DNA of 30,729 bases from positions 1 to 30,729 of the IMG/VR virus record IMGVR_UViG_3300037458_000362; one strand, 5' to 3'. Below, piece after piece: positions 8,323 through 18,496 of this stretch. The DNA is from a virus (taxonomy: Duplodnaviria > Caudoviricetes). The notes under the pieces are model-generated. The model worked only from the letters and a program-made list of their open reading frames with translations. It was not told the origin of the DNA and searched no databases. Numbering within the stretch: position 1 is the stretch's first letter; each line of letters opens with the position of its first letter. Position numbers and translations under genes: made by a program.

Positions 8323-9724
8323 GATACTGATTGGTATCCCCGCATACGGCCAAATGCCACCTGAAACCGAGGAAGATTATCTTCGGTTTTTTTATTATCT
8401 CGGACGCCGGTACACTGAGCATGATTTCTTTGTCGGTATCAAGCGCAAGGCCGAGCAGTTCCGCGCAAGGAATAGCATCGTCAAGGCCGCGTACCAGTGC
8501 GGCGCTGATTATATCTTGATGCTGGATGATGACCATGTAATCGATTTGGAAGGGACCAACGAAGCAAGCAGTCGGTATGAGTTTTTGCGGAAACTGATCG
8601 AACACCATGAGCGCATACCGGAAGCCGGAATCATCGGAGCGCTTTACTACCATCGCGGCGGTGAGTGCCGCCCGGTGCTGATGGAAGAAAAAGACGGCCA
8701 GTATTTCTACCTCCGCGACGACCAGATTAAGCACGGGCTGCAAGAGGTCACGGTGCAGGGCGGCGGCTGTATGCTCATCAAGTCAAAGGTGTTTGACAAG
8801 ATTGGAGCGGAGCCGTTCGAGCCTGAACATGAATACGGTACCGACTTTCAAATTTGCTTAAAGGCTCGAAACGCGGGGTTCAAAATCTACTGCGATACGT
8901 CCATCGAACTCGGTCATGTAAAAAACGAGCGGAGCATAGTGACGAGCAAGAATCGGCACCTGCACTATTCCGACTACATGAACCAGGACGACGCTATTCG
9001 CGAGAACGCAATCATGGGGCGCATCCTGCGTGAATTTCGCGCCGATGTGATGGAATATCTTGAAGTCGATAGCGTACCGCACCTGCTTGAGATTGCAGAA
9101 CAGTATGGACCTCATTCAAAAAAATTCAAGGAATATCAGGCGCAGAACAATATCAAGCAGTATTACATAGACTCTGAATTAGCATATCTTGCGCGGGCGT
9201 GTTTCATTCGATGCGAGGACAACCAACACCGTTTCGATCACTTTGTCTTAAACACCGTCAAGGCCGATGTGCCCGGTGTGGGGATGGACTTCGGATGTGG
9301 GTCCGCGCCGATTTCGTTTGAGCTGGTACGCAAGGGGCAAGTAATTTATTACTATGACATAGACGGTTCGGCCCCGTTTGAGTTCCTGAAATGGCGTGCC
9401 AGAAAATATGGGTTCTACGGCAGCCGGGCGATATTTCAGGAAGGCCCGCCGCCAGATGGCATGCTCGATTACTGCCTTTGCCTTGACTCAATCGAACACT
9501 TACCGGACGGCGAGTGGCAGGCGCTTATAAAGCGTATTGCGGTTGCGCTGAAACATGGCGGGGCGCTGATAACTAATTTTGTTTTGCTTACCGACATAAA
9601 AAACCATGAACACATTTTCACCGACCGGCAGGCGTTTATTGCCGAAGCTACAAAGAACGGCCTATGGCCGTTGAACACGGCTATTTATCAAAAAATGAGT
9701 GACCTAAATGGCATCGATCCTTAG
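8315..9724 (+). CDS. GT-A fold (GT2-like) glycosyltransferase fused to a class I SAM-dependent methyltransferase
   Basis: N-half: KILIGIPAY, ARNSIV, YILMLDDD (DxD), GGGCMLIK, GTDFQIC..AR.AGFKIY.D....LGH. C-half: MDFGCGSA, YYDID, CLDSIEHLP. Confidence 0.88.
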   Translation: MAKILIGIPAYGQMPPETEEDYLRFFYYLGRRYTEHDFFVGIKRKAEQFRARNSIVKAAYQCGADYILMLDDDHVIDLEGTNEASSRYEFLRKLIEHHERIPEAGIIGALYYHRGGECRPVLMEEKDGQYFYLRDDQIKHGLQEVTVQGGGCMLIKSKVFDKIGAEPFEPEHEYGTDFQICLKARNAGFKIYCDTSIELGHVKNERSIVTSKNRHLHYSDYMNQDDAIRENAIMGRILREFRADVMEYLEVDSVPHLLEIAEQYGPHSKKFKEYQAQNNIKQYYIDSELAYLARACFIRCEDNQHRFDHFVLNTVKADVPGVGMDFGCGSAPISFELVRKGQVIYYYDIDGSAPFEFLKWRARKYGFYGSRAIFQEGPPPDGMLDYCLCLDSIEHLPDGEWQALIKRIAVALKHGGALITNFVLLTDIKNHEHIFTDRQAFIAEATKNGLWPLNTAIYQKMSDLNGIDP

Positions 9725-10004
9725 ACGAACGATCCTTTACGAGAAGGGCGCGGACGGCATTATCCGCTTTCATGACTGGGCAATCGTCAACACCACGCTT
9801 GGAACGATGATTGAGGCCCGCGCTGTCGTCAACCCAATCTATATGCCGGGCGGCAGTGGGGTGGACTTCGAAGACCGCGACTATTCCGACGACTTCCAGC
9901 GGATCGATGCGATTGAGCCGTTTTCGCTTGACCGGCAATATCATATCATCGGCAACGCCGAGGCTATTGGCGGAGGGAATCTCATCGGCCGAGTGGGACG
10001 GTAA
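9708..10004 (+). CDS. Hypothetical protein
   Basis: 98-aa ORF overlapping the upstream stop, same strand as the operon. Confidence 0.65.
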   Translation: MASILRRTILYEKGADGIIRFHDWAIVNTTLGTMIEARAVVNPIYMPGGSGVDFEDRDYSDDFQRIDAIEPFSLDRQYHIIGNAEAIGGGNLIGRVGR

Positions 10005-10070
10005 AAAAACCGGGTTGCGAAAGCATTAAACGTGAATAGCCCTATCCTATTCCGGCCCGGCTAAAACCTT

Positions 10071-10709
10071 ATGGCAAACACAATAGAAAAAACAGTCATG
10101 GACCTGATCGGAGAAAACTCCGAGAGCCCCGATGTGTTCACGGACGCATCGGGCATTGAAGAAATCAGGAGCCATGTCAACGACGCCATAGAAGAAATCT
10201 GCGTCATTACCGGTTGCCATAAACGGGTTTGGCATGTCCCGCTGCGCGGCAATTCAGTCTTTTACCGGCTGGACCAAGGCCGGGACCAATTCGCTTGGTT
10301 CGACACGGTTTATCTGATCGGCACCAAGCGCCTGTTGGAGCAGACTGATTTTGAAGGGCTTGAATGGCTTGATTCGCGCTGGATGTCCAGCACCGGAACG
10401 CCGAGCCACTATGCGCCGATAGGCGTTTCTAAGTTCGCAATTTATCCATCTGCGGCAAGTGACTCCGACACGCTTGAGATAACCGGGGTGGCGGTACCGT
10501 CACGCTACACGGAAGACACCGACAGGATAAAACTCCGCAAATCGTTCGAGTGGGCGGTGGTCAATCGGGCCGTGTCAGAGTTTTGGGCCACCCGTGGCGA
10601 TGCGGCGTCGGCTGCAAAGGCTTTCGGTCTGTACGCTTCCGAGGTAGGGCTTACTAAGATGTATCCTGAATACTACGAACGACGCTGGCAGTTTCAGGGG
10701 CGCAAATGA
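10071..10709 (+). CDS. Head-tail adaptor-like protein 1
   Basis: HVNDAIEEIC, GTPSHY and IYPSA..D motifs characteristic of podovirus adaptor proteins; position after the head genes. Confidence 0.65.
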   Translation: MANTIEKTVMDLIGENSESPDVFTDASGIEEIRSHVNDAIEEICVITGCHKRVWHVPLRGNSVFYRLDQGRDQFAWFDTVYLIGTKRLLEQTDFEGLEWLDSRWMSSTGTPSHYAPIGVSKFAIYPSAASDSDTLEITGVAVPSRYTEDTDRIKLRKSFEWAVVNRAVSEFWATRGDAASAAKAFGLYASEVGLTKMYPEYYERRWQFQGRK

Positions 10710-11764
10710 ACTGGGCCGATCAACTTATCAGAATACGCCGATGGGTCCGCGACCCGGCCGCCAACATATTTTCAGAGCCGTTTTTGCGGCTTCTGTATAA
10801 CGACGAGCAGTCGCAGCTTTATACGGTCCTTGCCCCGATGCTGAACGTGCAGGCAATTTTGACGCATCCTGAATTCGTCGGCACCTACACGCATGATTGG
10901 GAGTGGATGCACCTGGACCACGAGAGCGGCAACGTGTACCAGGTTGGGCAGTACTACGACGCTGCGGACTACGTTTATTTCTACGTTTGGGAGCCTGAAA
11001 GCATTAAAGGCTACAATGCCGACAGCGTTGACGCCGGCAGCGTTTACACTCATCCATGGGAAGCCTGGATGACGACGCCGCACTACCCGCCGCCAATCCC
11101 GCTTCCAGATGATTTCAATTCGGCCGTATTTCTGGCGCATGACCGGCAAAAACTATACCCGGAAACCAAGTCAGAGATCATCAGCCGTGATGACATGACC
11201 TGGAAGACGCGCACCGGGCCGGGCATATCCTATTGGCGGGACGCAAAAAATAATAACTGGATTCGGATTTATCCGTTGCCGTCGATCACTTGGTATGACG
11301 ATGAAATCAGCATAGCTGACCCTGACACGGCTGAATATGTCGATGTTGGCGAAGCGGTCACGTTCGGCTCTGAGGATGCTTATTTCGGAACAACTCTTGT
11401 GCGGTTTGATTCTTCCGATGATGCAAACGATACCGACAACAACATCCTGATAGTTTACAACACCGACTCGACCGACATGACCGCCGCGCCGGATGAGAGC
11501 ACGCTGCCTGAGTGGATGCAAAAATATATCGAATACGGGGTGGCGGCACGCGCTCTAAGGGCCAACACGGACGGCCGGGTAGAAAGCCTTGCCGACTATT
11601 GGGACATGCGGAAAAAGGCTGGCTACGAGGTTATAAAGAGGTGGAAGCGGCTGAAAATGAGCAATCGGAATATAGTTTTTAGAACGCGCAACGGATCAAG
11701 CGGCACGGGACAGCGTCCGAAGCACCCGCGCCTGCCGTCAACGTATGCGGATAATTGGATCTAA
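10706..11764 (+). CDS. Head-tail adaptor-like protein 2, with insertions
   Basis: IRRWVRDP....FS, LPDDF, IRIYPLP and LPEWMQKYIEYGVAARAL adaptor-type motifs; ATGA overlap. Confidence 0.6.
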   Translation: MNWADQLIRIRRWVRDPAANIFSEPFLRLLYNDEQSQLYTVLAPMLNVQAILTHPEFVGTYTHDWEWMHLDHESGNVYQVGQYYDAADYVYFYVWEPESIKGYNADSVDAGSVYTHPWEAWMTTPHYPPPIPLPDDFNSAVFLAHDRQKLYPETKSEIISRDDMTWKTRTGPGISYWRDAKNNNWIRIYPLPSITWYDDEISIADPDTAEYVDVGEAVTFGSEDAYFGTTLVRFDSSDDANDTDNNILIVYNTDSTDMTAAPDESTLPEWMQKYIEYGVAARALRANTDGRVESLADYWDMRKKAGYEVIKRWKRLKMSNRNIVFRTRNGSSGTGQRPKHPRLPSTYADNWI

Positions 11765-12384
11765 TGGCTATACTCTGGAAGCCAACCGGGGCGCTTGACA
11801 TAAACTCAATGCCTACCGATCTGCCGGAGCAGGCTGGCGGGAACGCTATAATTTCGGGCGCGATGGTCCGCTGTAAAAATCTATCGCTTGACCGGAATGG
11901 GCTTGCTGAGCTTCGGGCTGGCAGCTCGCTTATTTCTACGTTCACACCGGCGTCGGTGCCGGAACTTATTTTAGACGCTGCCGGGCATAGGTATATATTC
12001 GCCGGAAATGAAATATTTTATGATGAATCACCGATAGCAGACGCGGTGATATGCGGGACCCCGACGTTTAGCCCGGCCGGTGGAAGCTACGCAGCGGCGC
12101 AGACAGTCACAATAACGTCTTCAACCGCATCGGCAGATATACATTACACTCTGGACGAAAGCACGCCAACGGAGCAATCGCTCAAATATTTTTCGCCCGT
12201 AGCGGTCCCGGCGAATAGCTATTTGAAGGCCATAGCTATCGACCCCCGAGGGATAATGTCAACGTCTGAAGTGGCAAGCGCGTTTTATTCTATTTTTGCA
12301 CAAGATTCTCTTGTGACCGAAACCAACGTCTACACGTTAACGACTGAAACGGCAGAAGACACACTGACCACGGAAGGACCATAA
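11764..12384 (+). CDS. Nozzle-like N-terminal segment fused to a chitobiase/Fn3-associated domain
   Basis: TAATG coupling at 11764; GALDINSMPTDL...CKNLSLDRNGLAELRAG resembles nozzle N-termini; PTFSPAGGSY...VTITS......IHYTLD.STP is a CHB_HEX_C/Fn3-associated motif; ends in LxTE repeats. Confidence 0.65.
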   Translation: MAILWKPTGALDINSMPTDLPEQAGGNAIISGAMVRCKNLSLDRNGLAELRAGSSLISTFTPASVPELILDAAGHRYIFAGNEIFYDESPIADAVICGTPTFSPAGGSYAAAQTVTITSSTASADIHYTLDESTPTEQSLKYFSPVAVPANSYLKAIAIDPRGIMSTSEVASAFYSIFAQDSLVTETNVYTLTTETAEDTLTTEGP

Positions 12385-13166
12385 TGGCAAACAGAAAAAT
12401 AAGCCAGCTGACAGAGCTTACGTCCCTTGCGGCAGCCGACAAATTCCCGGTTGTCGATGATTCTGAATCATCGGTTGAAAAAACTAAGTACGTCGATTTT
12501 GCCCAGCTGCAAGACGACATACTGAATGACGCTACGACCTTGCCGTTTACAATTGGAGGAGTGGCGCAGGTAAAACTAACAGATGGCGTGCTTGCACCAG
12601 AAACCGACAATGACATTGATATAGGCGACGCAAGCCACCAGATAAAAAATATCTATCTAAAAGGCAATAAGGTTTGGAACGCTACGACTCAGAACGTACA
12701 GACCGTGACTGCCAGCGGTACGACACTGGATGTTACCGGGCTGACGGCTTGGGGCATGTACGAGGTCTTTTTAAATGTTGCTTTTGTTGGCTCAAACAAG
12801 GTGCTCTACTTGACTTTAAACGGAGACACAGGAGCCAACTACAGCGGGATAATTCATTCTGCATACTATACGTCATCGACAGGGGGCAGCGACGGCTTAT
12901 CAACTTTTGGTACTGGATTAAACTATATACCATTATCAAGCGGGCCAGTAGCTAAAAAAGTAATAGGCAAGTTTGTTTTCATGGCTAACGGCGCTGCTAC
13001 GCAAGTGTTAGTAAATGGTGATTGCACATATTATGGCGATGCGACAGAGTATGGTAAAAGGTCGTTTGGTTTTTTTTATTCCGGGTCAGCAGATGTAACT
13101 CAATTTACGATTACTACCAACGGCACATCGCTTTCAGGTTGGGCCGTCGTAAAGCGGATTATGTAA
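12384..13166 (+). CDS. Tail fibre/appendage-like protein
   Basis: N-terminal RKISQLTELT....D.FPVVD and PETDNDIDIG motifs seen in fibre proteins; AT-richer beta-rich C-terminus. Confidence 0.6.
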   Translation: MANRKISQLTELTSLAAADKFPVVDDSESSVEKTKYVDFAQLQDDILNDATTLPFTIGGVAQVKLTDGVLAPETDNDIDIGDASHQIKNIYLKGNKVWNATTQNVQTVTASGTTLDVTGLTAWGMYEVFLNVAFVGSNKVLYLTLNGDTGANYSGIIHSAYYTSSTGGSDGLSTFGTGLNYIPLSSGPVAKKVIGKFVFMANGAATQVLVNGDCTYYGDATEYGKRSFGFFYSGSADVTQFTITTNGTSLSGWAVVKRIM

Positions 13167-14792
13167 ATGGCTTGGTCAGCAGTATTAGCATCGCCATACA
13201 ACTCCGAAACGGCGACAGTGTTCGCAACCAACGGAACCGTATACCGCCGTCTTGAAGGGACGTATAGTTACACTTGGGGAATTGCGGCCCCTGATACGGT
13301 CCCGATTATCGCAGCGGGCGCAAGCACGGGGTTGAGCGGTGCCTATAATGCCAAATACACATACGGACGCAAAGAACGCCAGGCGCTTGTCTGCGAGTCG
13401 GACCCCAGCCTGCAAGCGTCTGCGGCGGTAACGCTGGCAAACAAATCTTTCTCAATGACAGCAGCCGCGCCGGATGATGAGCAGGTCAACTGCATTCGGT
13501 TTTTCAGGACGGTGGCCGGAAGTTCATCTTACTATTTCACAAGAGAAGTAAACTACTGCAACCGGGCGTATGCCGTTACCTACGATTGGGAAGAAACTGA
13601 CGGCTACATTGCCGGCAAGGCGTGGCGGTACACGGTCGAAGACTCGGCGCGGCAGCGCGAATGCTGCTACGTTTGGGAATTGCTTTACGCCGCCTACACA
13701 ATAACCGATAGAACGAATTGCATTACGGGGATAGCAGATAACGACTTGTCGATTGATGACACGGCTACCGATGACGAGCTTGGAACGCTTGAGCATTCGG
13801 GGAACGACCCGCCGCCGGCTGGCGGATCTTACGTTTTTGGTCCGACGGCCAACGGGACGTTGTTTTTAATCAAAAATCATCAGGTGCATTACTGCAAACC
13901 GCAGCGTCCAGAATATTGGCCAAGCAGTTACTATATCGACGTTTCGGCTATACAGTATCCGCTTGTTTGCGGAGTGATATACGATACAATGCCTTATGTG
14001 TTTGACAAGCGGGAAATTTACTATCTCGCCGGGACTCAATTCGCCGACCTGCCGGACATGACCACGTTCAGGCCGTATCCTCAATCGGCGCGGGCCGGGG
14101 CCATGTCTTCGGCGGCGGTCGCGGTGGCGCTCGGTTTAGGGATATTTCATATCGGGCATGACGGTATCTATCGGTTTGCGCCTAACGGCTCTGCAAGTGG
14201 AGCGGATGACAAAATTTCAGACCAGGTTAACCCAATATTTTTGGGCGAAACGGTTAACGGTATTCCGGCAATAGCAAGCCTTTCAACGGCTTGGCTCCAA
14301 TGGTTTGATAACAAACTGTACTTCGGCTATCCGAGTGGCAGCGATACCTATCCGAAAAATGTGATCGTATTCGACTTCGCCCGGCAGAAGATCGCCTATT
14401 ACGTTTACCCGTTTGATATTGCAGCGCCTTGCAACGACAAATACTACGGCAGATTTTTGGCATGTCCGTCAACGGGTAACTTGAACAAAGTTGAAGATGT
14501 AACGGTCTCGGCAGACATTGGAACCGAGATAGAATGGGAAGTCGAAACCAAGGATTTCATGCTTCAAACGCGGAAGCATTATCCGCGCTGGAACAAATAC
14601 GACGTTGACGCTTCTGCGGCTGTCAGCGCGGAGGCCTACACGTATTTGAACGATGTTTTAGTACAAACGCACACGATAACGAAAAACCGCGACACGGTTA
14701 GGAGGCTTGTAAGCCTTTCAAACGGGACGCGGTTCTCGGTACGCATGGCCGGCACGGGGCCGGTATCGATTTACGCAGTTGAATCGGAGTGA
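13167..14792 (+). CDS. Tail nozzle / packaged-DNA stabilisation-like protein
   Basis: 541 aa, beta-propeller-like; GIAAP, PEYWP, HDGIY, KISDQV.PIF and ETKDF motifs; sits immediately before the ejection-protein genes. Confidence 0.65.
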   Translation: MAWSAVLASPYNSETATVFATNGTVYRRLEGTYSYTWGIAAPDTVPIIAAGASTGLSGAYNAKYTYGRKERQALVCESDPSLQASAAVTLANKSFSMTAAAPDDEQVNCIRFFRTVAGSSSYYFTREVNYCNRAYAVTYDWEETDGYIAGKAWRYTVEDSARQRECCYVWELLYAAYTITDRTNCITGIADNDLSIDDTATDDELGTLEHSGNDPPPAGGSYVFGPTANGTLFLIKNHQVHYCKPQRPEYWPSSYYIDVSAIQYPLVCGVIYDTMPYVFDKREIYYLAGTQFADLPDMTTFRPYPQSARAGAMSSAAVAVALGLGIFHIGHDGIYRFAPNGSASGADDKISDQVNPIFLGETVNGIPAIASLSTAWLQWFDNKLYFGYPSGSDTYPKNVIVFDFARQKIAYYVYPFDIAAPCNDKYYGRFLACPSTGNLNKVEDVTVSADIGTEIEWEVETKDFMLQTRKHYPRWNKYDVDASAAVSAEAYTYLNDVLVQTHTITKNRDTVRRLVSLSNGTRFSVRMAGTGPVSIYAVESE

Positions 14793-14800
14793 GGTGAATC

Positions 14801-15772
14801 ATGTTTGGACTTGGCGGCGACGACGACAAATATCAGGACAGGTCATGGGACTGGGCCAAAAAAATTTCGCGGGATGTCCACGGCGGCTGGAAGAACATAT
14901 TTAATCAATCGCTGAATGCTGCGGATGGTGGCATGTCCCCATGGGGGCAAAACACGTTTGACTATGCCAGCCAGGGGCTTGACAGCTACACCAATTACAA
15001 TGGCGACTTCCGCAATACCGACCTTTGGCGCACGGCTGGCGATCTTTTTTCGCCGTGGGCCGAGGACCAGGACCCGACGCAGACATCGACCTACAAGGGC
15101 GCAAGCGATCTTTGGGACATCACCACCAAGCCGCTATATCAGGATTTAATGCCGCAGCTTAAACGCGGGATTGAATCGCAGTACGGGAACGCGATGGAGT
15201 CTGCGCTTTCGTCCGGTGTGCGCGGGGGTTCTCTCATGGACGCGCTTTCGAATGCTGCTATGGGCCGCGATACGGCGCTGGGTGAGATGGAAATGGGACT
15301 TCGGGCGCAGGATACCGCACGGCTTGACGCAAACCAGAAGGCGCGGGCGGGGGCGCTCACGGACCTGCTTGACAGCCTGAACCGAACCTATGAAGCCGGG
15401 CGCATGAACCGCAGCAACATGCTTTCTAATCTCGGCTACCAAATGGATGAGTCAAAGAGCCGTCAAGGGCTGATGGCTCAAATGAGCCTTAACAGCCTCC
15501 TTGACCAGCTTACGCAAGGCGACATTGACCGGGCGACCAAAATGGGTAATCTCGGTATCCAGGGCCGCATGGGCGTAGGCCAGCAGCTCGCCAGCAATGA
15601 GAGCCAGAGCAACGCCTCACTGACAAGTGACCTGTTCGGCATGGGATCGATGATTGGGCTTGGGCTTGGTGGTAGCGGGCTATTTGGTGGCGCATCATCT
15701 ATCGGTGGTATGACCGGAGGCGCAACAGGGTCTGGCACTATGCAATCGCTTTTTGATTTGGGTGTTTTTTGA
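14801..15772 (+). CDS. Putative internal virion/ejection protein
   Basis: GAGGTG RBS; Gly/Ser/Gln/Met-rich helical protein with SSGVRGGS and a Gly-rich hydrophobic C-terminus. Confidence 0.6.
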   Translation: MFGLGGDDDKYQDRSWDWAKKISRDVHGGWKNIFNQSLNAADGGMSPWGQNTFDYASQGLDSYTNYNGDFRNTDLWRTAGDLFSPWAEDQDPTQTSTYKGASDLWDITTKPLYQDLMPQLKRGIESQYGNAMESALSSGVRGGSLMDALSNAAMGRDTALGEMEMGLRAQDTARLDANQKARAGALTDLLDSLNRTYEAGRMNRSNMLSNLGYQMDESKSRQGLMAQMSLNSLLDQLTQGDIDRATKMGNLGIQGRMGVGQQLASNESQSNASLTSDLFGMGSMIGLGLGGSGLFGGASSIGGMTGGATGSGTMQSLFDLGVF

Positions 15773-15788
15773 AAGTAAGGAGCAGGCT

Positions 15789-17024
15789 ATGGACTCTCGT
15801 CTAATCGGCATTGGCGGGCAGATAGTAGGCGGCTTCCTACTCGGCCAGCAGCAACGCGAACAGCGGATGCAGGACGCCGAGGTGAAGCAGAAGCAGATTG
15901 ACCAGATGCTAAAGTTCGCACAGGCGCGTGAGAAGCGAGAGGAACGCTTGTTTGAAAAGCAGATGGGCGAGAAGGAGTCTGCCGCGCCTCTGATGCAGGC
16001 CGTGCTTTCTAAATACGGAATAGGCGTACAGCCGGCACCGGCTGGCGACAGCGGGACCGGGCTTAAATACGGGGAAACCTTTGGCAAGGATAGCTCGGCC
16101 GCCGAGGCCTCCGCAACTCCGCAGGGACCAGATATAGCAGGGTTAATGTCTGACCCGCTGGCATTGGCGCTGCTTAAACATGGGACCGGGGTTGATTGGC
16201 TTGGGGCTGGAAACGCTGCGCGACAGAATCAAGAATTTCAACTAAACTTGTATAAGGCGCAGCGCGAAGGGACACAGGGCAGTTGGGTAGACATTCCTGA
16301 TGGTGCGGGAGGTGTTGCTAAAGTCTGGCAGCCGAAGTTTGGCGGTCCCAGCGTCGGCGGTGGTGTGGGTGGGTATCAGCCTCCGAAGCCAGAACTTCGC
16401 CAGTTTGAACAAGGTGGCGTAACGTATGAGCAGCCGGTCAATCCATACACGCAGCAGCCGTTAAGCGGTGCGAATGTAAAGACAGAGAAAAAGCCTATGC
16501 CTGCTGACTCTGCCGGCAAGATGGGTATGCTCAAAAGCGGGCTTGATGCCATACGCCAAGTCAACTCAATGCTAATGCCTAACGGTAACGCTGACTCGCA
16601 GACATATAAAGTGCTTGCTCAGATGGAAGCTAACTTGCCTTGGACCACAGGGAGGCAAGTCGGAAGCCTGATGGATGATGCGCTTGAAGGCAAGATAAGG
16701 ATTGAATCGGGCGCAGCCGTCCCGGATCAGGAAATCAAGCGCATGGCAAAACGCTTCAAGCCAAGTGTTGCCGACCAGCCTGAACTTATCAAACAAAAAT
16801 TGAGCCGGATGGAACAATATTTAACCGGCACAATTGAAATGCTTGATCCGAATAAGAATTACAGCAAAACGGCCGAAGTGTTCACGGCGCAAGACGGAAA
16901 AAAATACGTCATGCAGCCAAATTCAAAGTTGAGCCAAGACAAGGCTATGGAATACCTGAAACGCGCAGGCGGCGACAAGGGAAAAGCTCGTGAGCTTGCC
17001 AAGCGCGATGGGTGGGAATTTTAA
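15789..17024 (+). CDS. Putative internal virion/ejection protein
   Basis: AAGGAG RBS favours ATG 15789; GGFLLGQQQ N-terminus, coiled coil, RIESGAAV...E motif. Confidence 0.6.
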   Translation: MDSRLIGIGGQIVGGFLLGQQQREQRMQDAEVKQKQIDQMLKFAQAREKREERLFEKQMGEKESAAPLMQAVLSKYGIGVQPAPAGDSGTGLKYGETFGKDSSAAEASATPQGPDIAGLMSDPLALALLKHGTGVDWLGAGNAARQNQEFQLNLYKAQREGTQGSWVDIPDGAGGVAKVWQPKFGGPSVGGGVGGYQPPKPELRQFEQGGVTYEQPVNPYTQQPLSGANVKTEKKPMPADSAGKMGMLKSGLDAIRQVNSMLMPNGNADSQTYKVLAQMEANLPWTTGRQVGSLMDDALEGKIRIESGAAVPDQEIKRMAKRFKPSVADQPELIKQKLSRMEQYLTGTIEMLDPNKNYSKTAEVFTAQDGKKYVMQPNSKLSQDKAMEYLKRAGGDKGKARELAKRDGWEF

Positions 17025-18496
17025 TGGCCGACATCTTTGATGAAGTCGCCAAGCGCGACATCTTTGATGACGTTGAATCAATTGGCGGGAGTATGCCAAC
17101 AAGCACAATAACCGGCAAGCCACTCCCTACCGACGCCGAAAAGATGTCAATGAGCAAGCAGGCTATGGGCGAGATACTACCCATAGCAGGCGACATAGCC
17201 GGGACCGCGATTGCCCCGCAGTTAAAACTTGCCGCGTCAGCGCCGCGCATAGCACGGGCTGGGGCTGGTTTGATTAACATGCTATCACGGGCGGCCGGTT
17301 CAACTGCCGGTAGCGTTACGGGCGAAACCTTGCGCCAAGTGATGACGCAGAATTTTGATCCAAACCAGATTTACATTCAAGGGGCGGCTGGTGCTGCCGG
17401 TGAGATTGGTACGAGCGCCGCCGCCCCGTTATTGAAAGCCGTCAGAAAGCCGGGGCTTGAGCTTGCGTCAGATTTGACGTTGAGCGGTTCGAAGTTGAAG
17501 CAATACTTCACCGAGCGCCTAAAGAAACAGGCAAACGAGCGCATAGAGCGGTTTGTCGCTGATGTGGCTCCAGAATCGGTCAAGGGCAAAATATCCGAAG
17601 TTGGTCTTGCGCGGGCGGTCGATGAAGCCGTTGACGAAAAGCAGGCGATATATGGGCATTTCAAGGAAGGGCTTGAAGCGGTTGCGGAAAAAAATAATGG
17701 GCATGTACCGCTTGAAGGAACGGCTGGTGCTTTGCAGCAATGGCTAAAAGAAGAACTTCCAAAACACAAAAGCCAAGCGCAAGCCGAGAACGCAATTATC
17801 AAAGCTATGGGGTTCTCACCCGGTGGGCAAAAAGAGTTCCAGCACGTTTCTATCAGGAGGCTTTTGCGCGGTGAAGACTTGTCGGATAAGGAAGTGAACT
17901 ATCTGCTCGGAAACATATTTGAAAAAAGTACCGACAAATTTTTGAAGATGCACCCAGAGATTACTGAACTGCGTGGGTTGTTGAAAGACGCCATAGTTAA
18001 GGACTTGGACGACCTCGGCGCGGGAGCAGCTAAAAAGACCGCTGATGAAATGCACCGGGCTCTAAAAAACTTTCAGCGAATTGAAAGCATCTACAAGAGT
18101 GCGGCACCGGCGAACAAGGAAACCGGGGAACGCATGTTTAACCCGCTTACGTTTGCGGAAAACGTCTACCGTAATGAGCGGGCGATCAGGACCACGATGC
18201 CGGATGTTTGGCCGCAAATAAAGGCCGAAGCAGACGCCATGAAAGGTGTGGCCGACGACATCTCAACCGGCAAGCGGTCAATGGGTGGTTTGCCTATGTT
18301 GGCGGGCTTGGCGAGTTCTCACTTTACCGGGTATATTCCTGTTGGCGAGGCTTTCGGCGCGGCCTCTGCCTGGGCGCTGATGACACCAAGCGGCAAGGCG
18401 GCGCTAAGCGGAGTTTTTAAATACGGCGTAAAACCGGCTGCAAAGGCTGGCCTGCATATCGGCGGACGGCTGGTTGAAATGGGAAAGTCGCACTGA
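17024..18496 (+). CDS. Putative internal virion/ejection protein
   Basis: TAATG coupling; N-terminal DIFD repeats; Ala/Gly-rich helical segments. Confidence 0.6.
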   Translation: MADIFDEVAKRDIFDDVESIGGSMPTSTITGKPLPTDAEKMSMSKQAMGEILPIAGDIAGTAIAPQLKLAASAPRIARAGAGLINMLSRAAGSTAGSVTGETLRQVMTQNFDPNQIYIQGAAGAAGEIGTSAAAPLLKAVRKPGLELASDLTLSGSKLKQYFTERLKKQANERIERFVADVAPESVKGKISEVGLARAVDEAVDEKQAIYGHFKEGLEAVAEKNNGHVPLEGTAGALQQWLKEELPKHKSQAQAENAIIKAMGFSPGGQKEFQHVSIRRLLRGEDLSDKEVNYLLGNIFEKSTDKFLKMHPEITELRGLLKDAIVKDLDDLGAGAAKKTADEMHRALKNFQRIESIYKSAAPANKETGERMFNPLTFAENVYRNERAIRTTMPDVWPQIKAEADAMKGVADDISTGKRSMGGLPMLAGLASSHFTGYIPVGEAFGAASAWALMTPSGKAALSGVFKYGVKPAAKAGLHIGGRLVEMGKSH

